Virus record (IMG/VR): IMGVR_UViG_3300037484_000317
Length of the DNA stretch: 64,000 bases
Source: a virus
Taxonomy: Duplodnaviria > Heunggongvirae > Uroviricota > Caudoviricetes
Reading direction: 5' to 3' (one strand)
Notes under the pieces: generated by a model
What the model was told of the DNA's origin: nothing
What the model saw: only the letters and a program-made list of their open reading frames with translations
Database searches by the model: none
Translations under genes and position numbers: made by a program
In this document: in pieces, positions 1 through 12,237 of the stretch
Position numbering within the stretch: position 1 is the first letter of the stretch
Layout: each line of letters begins with the position of its first letter

Positions 1-31
1 CCTCTTGCGGTGGAGCCGGACTGGTGAGAGT

Positions 32-938
32 ATGACTGTGCCTCTCACTTTTTCCCATGATGTGGCCGTGACGTGCGTGGACTGCGGCATGACCTCAGCG
101 TTGTCCGCTGGGAAGCATGTTCCTACGAGTAGGGGCTGGCGGTGTGCTCCTCCCAAATCGGTCGAGGAAGAACTGCGCGCTCGGATCGTGCTCTACGAGA
201 TTGCGTTGAAAGCTGCTGATGGTCTGCGCCGTGGATTCGGTTGCAGTGATGAACCCGCTTGCGTTAAGGTAAGAGAACATTGCTATCCGTGTGAGTATGA
301 CGCGGCTCGCGTGCTGACAGAGGCCCCCATCCGAAATCAGAGTGTCGCATCCTGTTTCCGGCACCACTACGGACGGCACTGTGACCCTTGTGACGCAGGA
401 GTCTGCACAGAGCATCAACTTCCTCTGACCGACAAGAGTGACATGAGGGCACCTTGAAAATGGGACCCACAGCACGAAAGATCCTCGCCCAGGAGCAGGT
501 AGACCGTGCCGTGCGCGGTTTGATCTCCACGTATGGTGAAGACATGCGATGGTACATTGCCGAAGCTCTTGCCATAGCAGCTCTGCAAACGGCACATGGT
601 GTTGGGCTCGATGACGCAGAAAAAGAGAAAGAGTCCAAGTGACCGAGAACAACATCTCACTCTACGAAGAACGTTCCGCGTGCGTGATTGCCATCGCGCG
701 TGGGGCACGGGCCATGGGATGCAAAATAGGCTTCCGAGAAGATCCCGCGATTGCGGAGCCCCATCTCTGGCCTGTCTTGTTCATCGACCTTCCAAGCGGG
801 CAGATATCCTGGCACTTATCTCGTGAGGATCGAAGAATGGCTCCGGACATTGGCACCTACCATGGGGTGTGGGATGGTCACGACACAGAGCTAAAGTACA
901 GACGGCTTGCTGCGTGGATGCCATTGCCTCTTGGGTGA
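32..938 (+). other. Three short hypothetical genes (32-457 Cys-rich, 454-642, 639-938)
   Basis: Tiled ORFs with overlapping stop/start codons. 639-938 carries LPSGQISWH...WDGH, a pattern I recall from phage hypothetical proteins. Confidence 0.6.
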
Positions 939-966
939 GATTCAGGCCCCACAAGCGTAAGATGGT

Positions 967-2223
967 ATGCCAGATCCTGTGACCCTTCTTCGATCCTACA
1001 AGGTCGAACTCGATCCAAACAACACACAGCGCACAGCGTTCAAACGCCATGCGGGAGCAGCGCGTTTCGTTTGGAATTGGGCACTTGCGGAGTGTAAAAG
1101 AGATTACGAAGAGAGAAAGTTGACTACTCTTGAGGGCGAGATCAAGGCACTGACGCCATTTGACCTTGATTCGAGACTTCCAATCATCAAGACAACAACC
1201 CACCCATGGTTGGCTGAACTGTCTGCTCAGTCAATTAGGGCACCTCTTCCACACCTACAGACTGCGTTTCGAACCTTCTTCAAGAACGTGAAGGCAGGGA
1301 AGAAGCCAGGATACCCCCGATTCAAGAAGAGGGGCGTCTGTCGGACTTCATTCCAATTCCCTGAATACGTGACCCTGACAGACAGCTCAATCAAGCTCCC
1401 GAAGATTGGCCGTGTACGATTGAAGGAACACGGGTACGTCCCTACGGACCGGCCTGTGAAGACGGTTACGATTAGTGAGCGTGCTGGTCGCTGGTACGCT
1501 AGTGTTCTCATCGGGGACGTTGATCCTGTCAAAGTCGAGACGACGGGCTCCGTTCTCGGAATTGATCTTGGGGTCACGACCCTTGCGGTCTGCTCAGATG
1601 GAACCCAGTACGAAAACTCCAAGCACTTGGGTGCCTCTCAAAGGTCGATCAGGAAACTCAGCAAACGTCTTTCCCGTCAGAAGAAAGGATCAGTTCGTAG
1701 GGCGAAGACGAGGGCCAGACTTGCCAAGGTCCACGCCCGAGTCGGCTTTCAACGCAGTGACGCAATCCACAAGATGACTTCGGAGATCGTGAAAACCAAA
1801 CGACCTTCGGCGATCGTCATTGAGGATTTGAACGTCAGTGGGATGACGAAGAACCACTGTTTGGCTCGTGCGATCTCGGGAGCTTCCTTTGGGGAAATCC
1901 GGAGACAGCTCACGTACAAGACTGAGTGGTATGGGGTAAGGTTGATCATGGCCGATCGATTCTACCCGTCCTCGAAGACTTGTTCAGGTTGCGGAGCGGT
2001 GAAGACTGTTCTGGATTTATGGGCACGGACGTACTGCTGCGACAGCTGCGGTCTCAGCATCGACAGAGACGTGAACGCAGCGCTCAATCTCCAAGCGTAT
2101 GGGGGACAAATTCTGGCCGGAGGGACTCCGGTGACTGCTCGTGGAGGGATTGTAAGACCGGCAGAGCTTGCTCTGACGGCAGATCTCGTTGAAGCGAGAA
2201 CCGACCTGAGGGTAGCCTCGTGA
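967..2223 (+). mobile_element. tnpB: TnpB RNA-guided endonuclease (IS200/IS605 or IS607 type), solo, no transposase nearby
   Basis: N-terminal RSYKVELDPN...AGAARFVWNWAL helix; RuvC-I GIDLG, RuvC-II VIEDL, Zn ribbon CSGCG/CDSCG, RuvC-III DRDVNAALNL. Confidence 0.93.
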
Positions 2224-2504
2224 GTGTCCGGAGTTCAAGAACACACGAGCTGAAGACCTGGCCCCCGTTCTTTGAGTCCGTTCTTGACGGCAGCAAGACG
2301 TTCGAAATCCGCAGGGATGATCGGGCGTACGCTGTGGGGGACACCTTGTGTCTAAAGGAGTGGGATCCCAACGGTAGCACTGGCTACGGCGGAAAGTACA
2401 CACTTCGGGAAGTCAAGTGCCTTGTGACCTACGTTATGCACGGGGGTCGCTTCGGCATTGAAGAGCATACCGTCGTCATGGGCATCAAGTTGATCGAACC
2501 ATGA
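2220..2504 (+). CDS. DUF3850 / ASCH-superfamily protein
   Basis: HELKTWPPFFESVLDGSKTFEIRRDDRAYAVGDTLCLKEW signature. Confidence 0.8.
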   Translation: MSVRSSRTHELKTWPPFFESVLDGSKTFEIRRDDRAYAVGDTLCLKEWDPNGSTGYGGKYTLREVKCLVTYVMHGGRFGIEEHTVVMGIKLIEP

Positions 2505-3424
2505 TCTTCGCGCAATTCCGAAGTGACCTGAAAAGCTGGCGATGGAATCGCACTGAGTTGGGTCGGGAGCACTTCCGTCTGTATCGGATGGAACGTGGAT
2601 TGCCAATCAAAGAGCGGTACTGGCCAACTTGGTGGCTCGCACTGTCGTTCGCGTACAACATGGTTCGTTGGGTGCTCTTGCGCGATATGCACGTTGACCC
2701 CAACGAGGACTTCAACTGCGGACATTGCAGCAAGCCTGTATTGCGTAGGTGGATGTATTGTTCTGACGCCTGTTGGGTCGCAGACGAAAGAGAGAACGCG
2801 CATGGGCGGCATGAGTCTAAGTGAGGCAGAGGAAAAGGCTAATGTCCTGTGGATCCAACTGGAAGCGTTGATCACCCACGGGAAGAGAGTCGCTGCCATA
2901 GACTTGGTTTACGACACGGTGGATGACCTTTTCCTTGCTGGGTCATTCGATGCAGTAGGGGTGATCTTACGAGTCTCCGCCCAGCATGTGTCGCAACCAG
3001 AACTCCCCTTGAGTTTGTTCCTAAGTATGATGACGATTGCTATTCATGCCCGAGGGGAGGATCCCATGCTGGACCAAGCCTTTCTGGAACTCGCAGCACA
3101 GATTAGAGCCCGTGGTTCATCGACTGGGGAGGATCTTGTGGAGGACTACCTTTGCCGACTGGAAAGGCGCGCGCCCGTCGTCTCTGTCGCCCAGGATGGC
3201 ACGCCGGACGTGTTGCAGCGGCCGACTCGCACGCCGTCAGCGGGGGCGTAGGCGTGAGTAAGCGCAGCAAAGCACGCGATCGGGCGATCGTCGACCGCCG
3301 CAATGTGCCTTGCATCATCCACGACACACACGAGCCCGAGTGTCGCGGATGCCGCGCAGCCACACTCCGCAACGCGAACCGCGCCACGCCTTCGCTCTCT
3401 CGTTCGCAACCCACATCGGAGTAG
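2501..3424 (+). other. Three hypothetical genes (2501-2824, 2811-3251, 3254-3424)
   Basis: Tiled ORFs. The first and third carry CxxC pairs. Confidence 0.55.
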
Positions 3425-3427
3425 GAA

Positions 3428-3796
3428 ATGAGGGCCATCATCGCGGGGTCCCGTACACTTGGCCATCGTCGGTTTGAGGTTGTTGCCGCAATCAAAGAGC
3501 TGGTGGCTACCTTGGACGGTCCAGTGACCCAAGTTGTGTCTGGCAAGGCTCGTGGTGTGGATACCATCGGAGAGTACTGGGCAAAGTATTCACACGAGAC
3601 ACCGATTCCAATTGCATCCTTCCCTGCGGATTGGGATCGGTACGGAAACCGAGCTGGTCCTATTCGTAACAGAGAGATGGCAGCGAATGCTGATGTACTG
3701 ATTCTGATCTGGGATGGGAAGTCAAGCGGGAGTGCAGACATGAAGCGGGCAGCAACCAAGGCTGGACTTAAGATCTTGGAGCGCATTCTCCAATGA
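3428..3796 (+). CDS. SLOG-family (YspA/DUF2493-like) protein
   Basis: IIAGSR, VSGKARGVD, FPADWDRYGNRAGPIRNREM and WDGKSSGS motifs. Confidence 0.85.
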   Translation: MRAIIAGSRTLGHRRFEVVAAIKELVATLDGPVTQVVSGKARGVDTIGEYWAKYSHETPIPIASFPADWDRYGNRAGPIRNREMAANADVLILIWDGKSSGSADMKRAATKAGLKILERILQ

Positions 3797-4054
3797 CCAA
3801 AAAGAAGTGGAAGCCGAATCCCCGGGAGATCCTGGAAGCCAAGGTCCGCGACTACCTGGAAAAGCACAGGCCAAGCCTTTGGGACGAGCGTGTACGTGCT
3901 CGCCTATCCAAGAAGTTTGGTGTACCCCCACACGAGTTCAGATTCATTGGTACCTACTCTAGGTACTGCACACATGAGTTCTCGGAAGGGCCCTGCCAGG
4001 AGTGCCCCCACTCAGCCTTTTCACCAGACGGAAGACCCCCTCGTAAACAACCAA

Positions 4055-4084
4055 TCGTGTAATGGTCGACCTCTCTCTCGTTAC
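4055..4084 (+). promoter_or_regulatory. ECF-like promoter motif, copy 1
   Basis: TCGTGTAA-N16-CGTTAC, followed by a purine-rich RBS and ATG 4106. Confidence 0.7.
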
Positions 4085-4105
4085 CTGAGCGAGAGGGAAC
4101 CGCCC

Positions 4106-5005
4106 ATGGAAACCGAGGATGTCTGTGAATCACCTGAGCATGGCTCCTACTGCAATTGTGAGGATTGCTGCTATGCTCGTGGTGGTGAGATCTGCGCATG
4201 CTGTGGATGTCTGGTAGTAGACTGTCCAAAGGCGACGGATCCGGAATTCAAGTCGATCGAGGCGTTCGTGGAGTTCTGCATGGACGACGAGCGCACGACG
4301 TTCGACCACACCGATCTCGGGGAGCTGGCCTTCAACCTTCATCGCTCGCGATGTAAGGTGCGGGCGGAGCTTGAGAGCTGGGGCCTGACTCTGGTAGAGC
4401 GCCCACGCGAAAAGCGTGTGCGTGGCTTCACCGTGAGCAGCCATGATCGCTGGTTCGGCTTAGGCAGTAGCAAGAGCCACGGGGGCTCCGGCTGGGAGCA
4501 GATTTCTGGCTTCGCAGGTCAAAAGGGCTGAACGCACGTACCCTACCGAATCGTGTAAACTCCAGAGTTCCACCCGTTACCTGGGTGAGGACACCACCAT
4601 GATGAATCACCAGGCATATCGGAAAGAGCTATTCGCAGGGGAGGAAGATCCCTGCCTTGAGCCCCCTGAGGAAGAGGCACCTGCACTCTGCACACTGTGT
4701 GGAGGTCCAGTCTTCCTTCTCGGCACGCTTGGCAACCTTCAGCATTTCCAGTGCCGACACTGCGGTATGGAAAGCTCACGCGAGGTAGGCAAGTGACCTC
4801 CTATCGAGACCTCCCGGTGACGTTCGTCGTCGAACCCGGCAAGACCTACGACTTGGAGGTTCTTGGGACGGGGCTCTCCGGTGACTTCCAGGTCTTCTCG
4901 ACTGGTGCCAGCCGCAAGAAGGGCAGACGCTCCTGGTGGGCTGCGGGAAAGATCGTCGAGACGGGGTTCCACGTTCGAATTCGATTCACGGAGACTGGCC
5001 GATGA
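4106..5005 (+). other. Three hypothetical genes (4106-4531, 4599-4796 Zn-ribbon, 4793-5005)
   Basis: Tiled ORFs behind promoter copies 1 and 2. Confidence 0.55.
4551..4580 (+). promoter_or_regulatory. ECF-like promoter motif, copy 2
   Basis: TCGTGTAA-N16-CGTTAC-ctg-GGTGAGGA, then ATG 4599. Confidence 0.75.
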
Positions 5006-5667
5006 CCACGAACATTGAGGCTCGCATTGCAGCGTGGAAATCCACGCGCACCACGAACAAGACCCGATACTCCGGACAGATGCTTCGATCTATCTTCGTG
5101 TCTGTCGTCGCTGATGTGGAAGAGACACTCTCTCGCGGGAAAGAAACCTTTCTCAAGGAATCCATCCAACGTCGGGCGGGCTTCATTCGAGAGATGTGCC
5201 AGGTGAACTACATCTACACCAAGGGCGGCGGGGATCGTGGGTGTTCCGGTCGGGCCTCGCTTGGGGGTGGCTGGTGTCGCATCCGGATCCCCCGCAACTC
5301 CGTTAATCTCAACGAGCTGATCTGGCTCATCCGCCATGAGGTGTACCATCTGTTTGCTGTCAGGCATCAGGACATGCCCAATGCCGTGAACAACAGGGGT
5401 AACTACGGTTACGTGGAAGAGACCTTCAGCGAGCTGTTCACGCGGTACGGGATGGAAGTCTTGGAGGCCCCAGTCGTTGGAAAGAAAGTGGTCTCCACGG
5501 ATGAGAAGCGAGCCGTGAAGCTGGCTTCCATCGAGACTCGCATTGCAGCCTGGGAGTCCAAGCAGAAGCGTGCAGAGAACGCCCTCAAGAAGCTCCGGCA
5601 GAAGGTTCGGTACTACCAGACCGTAATGGGTGTGGCTGCGAAAGACTTGTCTCCGAAGGGACGGTAG
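5002..5667 (+). CDS. Putative zinc metallopeptidase-like (HExxH) protein with coiled-coil C-terminus
   Basis: LIRHEVYHLF motif; internal repeat IEARIAAWKS / IETRIAAWES. Confidence 0.45.
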   Translation: MTTNIEARIAAWKSTRTTNKTRYSGQMLRSIFVSVVADVEETLSRGKETFLKESIQRRAGFIREMCQVNYIYTKGGGDRGCSGRASLGGGWCRIRIPRNSVNLNELIWLIRHEVYHLFAVRHQDMPNAVNNRGNYGYVEETFSELFTRYGMEVLEAPVVGKKVVSTDEKRAVKLASIETRIAAWESKQKRAENALKKLRQKVRYYQTVMGVAAKDLSPKGR

Positions 5668-5703
5668 GGTTGTTATATTTCATCATTCAAGGTAAGGAGT
5701 CTA

Positions 5704-6663
5704 TTGATGATGGAAATGTTCTTGAACAACAAGTACACCAACTGGTATTCCGCCCTGATCGAACAGGTGAGGGCTGAGAATCGAAAGCGAATCCATCCCT
5801 ATCAGTACCATTCTCACCATTCAATCCCGAAATGTTTTGGGGGAGGCGGTGGCGAGAATCTTGTGCTCCTTACCCCCAGGGAGCACTACATTTGTCATCT
5901 TCTTCTTGTTAGGATGACAGAAGGTACCGCTCGGTCGAAGATGGTTTACGCCCTCTTTCACTTCAAACCGAAAGAGGGCGGTGTAACCTCATCACTTGCC
6001 TTCGAGGCACATTTGAAACGTCTCGGACGTTACGTCAAACCCCACTCTGTCGAGACTCGAAAGAAGATTAGCGATTCAAATCTAGGACGGGTCAAAACGC
6101 AAGAAGAGCGTGCTAACATCCGACGAAGTCGCCTCGGCAGGAAACACTCTGAGGAATCTCGGATGAAGATGAGCCTATCCGGGCGAATGAAACGACCTTG
6201 GAATGCGCGGAAAGCAACCCCAGAGGCACGAGCTAAGATGAGCGCTGCCGCCAAGGGTCGAAAATCCCCCATGGAAGGAAAGACGCATTCCGAAGAGACT
6301 CGGCGGAAGATGTCCGCTGCAAGTACAGGAAAGATTCAGTCCCCAGAGACCATAGAGAAACGTAGGCTTTCCCTTTTAGGGAAGACTCGAACCCCAGAAC
6401 AGAAACTGCGGATTTCTCTCTCCCTAACAGGGAAACGACCTACGGAAGAAACAAAGGCGAAAATGAGAGTCGCTAAGTTGGGGACACATCATTCTCAAGA
6501 AACGAAGGATAAGATGAGGGCAGCACACAGACATCATTCCCAGGAAACGAAGGATAAGATGAGGGCAGCACATAGGGCGCGTCGAACAAGGATTCAATTG
6601 AGAGAGGTCCCCGAGCAAGTCGAGGTCTTGGATCCGTTCGGGGAAAAGCCCACTCCCGATTGA
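5704..6663 (+). CDS. Free-standing HNH homing endonuclease with NUMOD3 repeats
   Basis: HHSIPKCFGG...NLVLLTPREHYICHLLL followed by many HSxETRxKMS-type repeats; 45-nt duplication at 6487-6576. Confidence 0.85.
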   Translation: MMMEMFLNNKYTNWYSALIEQVRAENRKRIHPYQYHSHHSIPKCFGGGGGENLVLLTPREHYICHLLLVRMTEGTARSKMVYALFHFKPKEGGVTSSLAFEAHLKRLGRYVKPHSVETRKKISDSNLGRVKTQEERANIRRSRLGRKHSEESRMKMSLSGRMKRPWNARKATPEARAKMSAAAKGRKSPMEGKTHSEETRRKMSAASTGKIQSPETIEKRRLSLLGKTRTPEQKLRISLSLTGKRPTEETKAKMRVAKLGTHHSQETKDKMRAAHRHHSQETKDKMRAAHRARRTRIQLREVPEQVEVLDPFGEKPTPD

Positions 6664-8597
6664 AGGAAGGCGTAAGAAGAGCCATGACCGAAGGCGCATT
6701 CGAGGATGAGGCACACATCCGCCAGCGGGACGCGATGTGTGACGAAAAGGGGGTGTCGTGGAATGCAATGGATGGTGCAGAACACGACCGTCGTGCGTTG
6801 CTTCGCATAATTGACAATCTGAGGCGTCTTCCCGTACTCCAAACTTGTGAATACTGCCGTCATTGTCATCACTGGAGTGATGCGGGCCTACCCCACCCAA
6901 GCTGCCAGCATCCGAAGACGCGGGGACAGCCTGTTGAGGAGCACTCAGCACCGCCCGACTGGTGTCCACTGCGAGGTAAGCCGTGAAACCGATCGCTACT
7001 CGCATTCCCTCTGACCTCGGCGTGCGGGCGTTGAAGTTGGCGCGCGAACTGCGCTACTTCTGCGACGCATTCGAGAGCTGCGAGCGCCCACCTAACACAC
7101 TTGAGGAGCTGCACGAGGCGCGCAAGGCGATCGGCGAGCTTGAGTCTGCCACGTTCAACCTGCGCAACCGGCTCGATCTGTGGCGCGTGCATTACCGGAG
7201 TGGAACGTGACTGTAACCACAGAAGAATATCTGGAGCTTCGGAGACGGATCAAGCTCAACGAGCTTCTTCTAATCAACATGGAACTACGCAAGTCCCATA
7301 AGCATTTGGAGGAGTTCACGATCAGTCTCTCTCCGCTGGATGCAGCCGAGATCCTCAAGGGGTTGGGTTGGACCGAGCGGTATTCATCTACGGACGTGAG
7401 TGAGTGGACCAAGGGTGGATGTGATGTGTTGTTGCCCAAGCAGGCGGATTGGAGTGACTACCTCCCCCTGCTGAATCGTGTTATCAAAGCCGTGTTGGAT
7501 GACGTCAATGCTAGGTAGGCAGAATAGAGCCCCTCTCATGATCGTGTGTTTGGGGGTCTGTCTTTTGGTGTTATACGCTGCCATTTTCATGTGGACCAAA
7601 CACCAGTGTAAGAGTCGTGGTGGGCAGTGGATGGGCATGTCTGTAAACGGAACCGAGAACCCCATCTGTAGGGGGTCCAAATGACACCCAGAGGGTCCAT
7701 AATGGCGTCCATTATAGCCATCGTCCTTGCGGCAGTGATCCTCGTTAGTGGGGTCGTAGCGGGTAGGGATGCAGGTCAGACAGCCTTGAAAAAGCATGCG
7801 TGCCGAGCGGCTTGCACTCATGTTGGGAGTACAATGGAGTCGCAGTCCGGAAACCTCTGCACTTGTAAAAATCTTCGGACGATGCGTGGGGACTACAGCC
7901 AGTTGTTTCTCAAAGGGACCACAAATGAGTAGGAAGAGCGTCTTGACCCAGGCCGAGAAGAAAGCCTTGCATCAGGCGGTGTTTGCCACTGCGTTCGTGC
8001 ATGACTTTGACAGAACTTTGAAGTTCTTTGAGCACGCGGAGCACTTACGTAACCCGGATCAGGAATCTGCCTACGACCGTGCTATGGAGACCACCGGGGA
8101 ACGCGCCTACGCCATCGCCGATCGGGCCGTCGAGCAGTATGGACATTGGAACCCTAAGGGCGGTGCCTACAAGCTGCCTGTGGGATGCTGCCCTGATTGC
8201 TCCAAGAGAAAACCATGACTGAGACCATAGAAAAGCTAGAAGCAAAATACGACCGACTCCTGCGGGTGTATCAGGTGATGGTCGTCTTCCTGACCCTCAT
8301 GCTGATCCTGGCCTTCGCGGTGCGCTGGGAACAGTGGTTTGCTCCCCACACGTACCGAGCCCTTCACGACTGCATTCAGCAGTGTGTCCAAAAGTAGGCA
8401 GACCGTGATTGACTCAGATTTGGCCAGGGCGACGCAAGACCTCTTGGAGGCTTCAGAGGATGCCCACACCGTACTGAACGGAAGCCGCTGGAAAAACGGA
8501 AAGATGCTCTTCTACTTTGAAGTGAAGCACAACCTTAGAGTGGCCATCGAGTCCTACCGGGTTGAATTCGCCCGTGTCCATGGGGTTGCGGATTCAA

Positions 8598-8627
8598 TCG
8601 TGTAAATGATCCTCTCCCATTCGTTAC
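8598..8627 (+). promoter_or_regulatory. ECF-like promoter motif, copy 3
   Basis: TCGTGTAA-N16-CGTTAC upstream of ATG 8649. Confidence 0.75.
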
Positions 8628-10763
8628 AGGAGCGAAAGGGAACCATTCATGAATCTCAACCGTATCGCGTCTCTCCTGTGCGACCTGACACCGGGTGAGC
8701 GTGCATCCTGTCCCCGCACCCCATATCTTCTGCCCGCCCCATCCTCCACCCTCACCAAGTGGGAGAATCTGATGTGTAGCGAGCAGGAGGTTCGACTCAT
8801 TGATCTGGTCCAACGCTCTCTGGAGCGGGTTGGGCTGCACATCAGCACGATCCCCCAGGCCGCAATCGAAGCTCTCAAGTGCACGGCGGTGGAGGCCGAG
8901 GACGGGTACATTTCGTCTGATTTCGAGGTGCGCTCGCCTGACCCGGACTTCTCTGAGAAGCAGGAAAAGTACGAGAGGGATCTGGCCGCGTACAAGGCCG
9001 AGGCGGACACACATGAGCAGGTGGTCGAAGCCTACGTCGCGAGATGTATGGCCCTTCGAAAGGCTGCCATGGAGGCCTCAGAGCGTGCAGAGTATGAACG
9101 TCTCGCCGTCAAGTTCGGACCACTGGCGTAAGGGGTTCCATTCGTTGCACGGAAAAGTGTAATCGGATCAAGACATGAAAGATAAAATGACGACCATTCG
9201 AGTTCAGCCTAAGTTCGAGCTGCCTGTGGCTTCCACCAAAAAGCTTCGGCGAAAGTTCCTAATTCGAACCACGCTCGTTCTCGATGACTGCGAGGCCGAC
9301 GGGCTCTTCGATGGTGACGTGGAGGATCTTCTCCAACAGCGTCTCACCATGCTGATGGAGTCTGTCCGAGGGCACTGGGCGTCCAAGAACGTCTCTGTGG
9401 AGTTCGATGACACTGACATTCGGTTGGGCAAGTGCAGTTCCGTCCCTGTTGACGAATGCCACGGGCAGTCACCTGCATTGCCCACCACCACCCTGCGTGC
9501 TGCGCAACAGGAGCACGTCTTCGTCCCCTCCATCTCCCGGAACCCGTCTGTTGGTCCCCCGTCCTGTCGGGTGTGCGGGGCGCATGAGGGCATCAAGCTC
9601 CATGTGACAGTAAACAAGCTTGGACGCCACAAGTTCCAGCAGGTGAAGGGTAGTGGCGAGTGTGCATTGTGTGCGCGCACGAAGCTCTATTCTCAGCACC
9701 CTCCGGTGAAATGACGTGGACAATCTTGCGGTCATGCTGATTCTGAATGCCCTCGCTATAGCCAAGCACGAAAGTGCTATGTCGGCTTTGGAGGTGCGGT
9801 ACGCACGGGCCCAACTTCTCGACGCCTGCAACATCCAGGAGTCAGATATTCCGGAGCGTAAGGACATGGCATTCATCTCGTACTACGACACCCTTGTACC
9901 TCACATGACCCCGCAGGAACTGGCCGAGCACCACGCTTCGCCAGTGAAAGACTGATCATGACTGCCATGCCCATTCTTCGATGCCTCTGTGGTGGGATCA
10001 CCGGAAACCCGGAGTCCCCTGTGGGACGTGATCCACAGATGGACTACCGGGTCAGAAAGTACTTCGAGGCCGCAGTGATGAAGCGTCCGCGTCCTGACGT
10101 GGATGATCTTGTTCAGGCGTACGTGTGTGAAACGTGCAGTTCTAGGGGAGAAGGCCATGACAACAAGGTCTGAAGTAGATGAAACAGTCGCAGATGAAAT
10201 AGTCGCAGACACAGCCGAGGTAATGGCGGAGTTCAAGGCCAAGATAGTCAAGGCCAAGGCCGATGCTCTTGAAAGAGCCCAAGCTGAAGCCGATAAGGCA
10301 GTCGAGACAAGGTACTTACTCCATGCTGTCCTGCGGAAGGGGTCCTCCGGACCAACACAGTGCGATGACCTGTGTGCTGCGGTAGACGCTCTCTACGCAG
10401 AGAAGGACTCGATCAAGAAGAATCTTGATGATCTGATGACGACATTTTGGGGGTCCGACAAGGAAGACCCATGAACAAAGAGATTCGATTCCAGTTCCGC
10501 CTGTTCGGCCGCAAGGCCCTGATCGTCCTGCCCATGACCCAGAGACTCCAACCCCTGGCCTGTGGGTTCGGTGGTACCCACTGGGACATCCTGATCACCG
10601 TGGACCACGAGACCGGTCCTACGAAGCCCCTGAAATCTACCGCTGCCAGGGATTCGATCTGCGTACGGTCCGGGAAGCGTATCAAGATGGGGGATACCTG
10701 CTACTACGTTCCGGGTGTGGGTGTCGTGAGCGCCGGTAGTATTTGGGCGAGCAACTAGACGAA

Positions 10764-10793
10764 TCGTGTAATCGACCCCCTGCCGTTCGTTAC
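10764..10793 (+). promoter_or_regulatory. ECF-like promoter motif, copy 4
   Basis: TCGTGTAA-N16-CGTTAC upstream of a small ORF starting MCHLNCHG (~10816). Confidence 0.75.
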
Positions 10794-12207
10794 TAGAACG
10801 AAAGAGGATCCAAACATGTGCCATCTCAACTGCCACGGTGAACTGACTGCGCTCATGGCCCTCGCGCCTGTGGTCACAGTCGCGCTTGCATGGGTTCGAA
10901 CACGAGTCCGGAAGCTCCGTCGAAGGGCGCCATAACCTAGATGAGCCTGGTTCCCATCAAGCTTTAGCGTCATGACATTCTCATCCAAAGACCCTGAGTC
11001 CTACAGCTGGCACATCCTTCCAGGTCGGAAGGTGTCCCATGCAATCGTTGGTGACGGAGGGATCTGCGGATGTACATCTCAATACACCGAGCGCCAACTT
11101 CGGAAAGCGGGTCAACAGACTCGGAGATGTGAACGGTGCCTGATCACAATCGTCAGTGGCGTATGCAGCATGGAGTACAAATTCTTCGTGGATCACGTAC
11201 CGGCTGAGGTGCGTATTGCCCAGAGGAAGCCTTGGAAGGCGTACTTGGCTATGCAGCGGAGGGAATGATGGGTGCTCTTCAAAAAGAGTCCCGAAGCTTG
11301 CGTGACTTCCTGAAGTGGCTTGTATCGGATGATGGTGGTGAGCCTGATATCGATGCAACCACGCTCGTTGGTGTGTACCGATCCACTAGCGGTCGCTACC
11401 GAATTCTAGCCAGACTCCCTGATGGGATGACTGGAAAGCAAGCTCTTGAGTGGGCAATGTTGACGCACCGTGGGGTCACGGAACTTCCAAAACACGACCA
11501 GGAGTGGATTGGCCGCATTGACGAACGTGAGGCCGCCTCTCATTTCCTTCGTGTCTATACGGACTACCCATTCGCACGGCACCTTCGACTTGAACTGACA
11601 ATTGAGCAGTTCAAAGAGTTCAAGAAAGCAGGGGGTCAGTTCGCATGAACCTGTGGCAGAAGTTTCGAACGTGGGCCAGCACCAAGCGCTGCGCACATTG
11701 CGCTGGTATGTTCAAACGGTCCGAGCTTCGCCGCTACTGGGCTGGGTGGGGACGGGGTGGGGATCTTTGTGCACCTTGCGCCGAGAAGCTGTGGAATCTT
11801 GAGGTGCAGGGCCAGGAAGAGCACGAGCTTCGCAAGGAGGTCCAGCTTGCAAAGCGTAGGCTTCTGGCTCAGACCATCGCACAACAGGAACTCGCATCGG
11901 GGACCGATCCATATCGAGGTCAAAATGGCAAGTGACAATCAATGTTTCGAGGAAGAGCAGGCAGTCCAGCAACTAGGTCGGGAGATCGGTTACGGGCGCA
12001 TCATGCAGCTCTGCGAGAAGTTGTGGGGTGATGATGCTGTTGCTCGCATGGGTGGTAGAGAGGAATACCGTGGGGAGGCACTTTCACAGGGCCCGTGCGT
12101 AGCGTTTCTTGTTCCATGCAAGTGCCGCGTGGAGAGCACGTTCCCCTGCATGTGGTGTTGTGGTTCTGGACGGGTCACGAAGCGTGTTCGTGAGGCGCAG
12201 GGTTGAA

Positions 12208-12237
12208 TCGTGTAATTCCCAGGTGACCACTCGTTAC
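12208..12237 (+). promoter_or_regulatory. ECF-like promoter motif, copy 5
   Basis: TCGTGTAA-N16-CGTTAC-cct-GGTGAGGA. Confidence 0.75.

Noticed and set aside
940-2260. Defined IS ends, tnpA or IStron around tnpB
   Set aside because: I could not identify subterminal hairpins, a transposase or group I intron core elements by eye.
6487-6576. 45-nt duplication as a diversity-generating retroelement TR/VR pair
   Set aside because: The copies are adjacent in-frame NUMOD3 units, the differences are synonymous rather than adenine-specific, and no reverse transcriptase is present.
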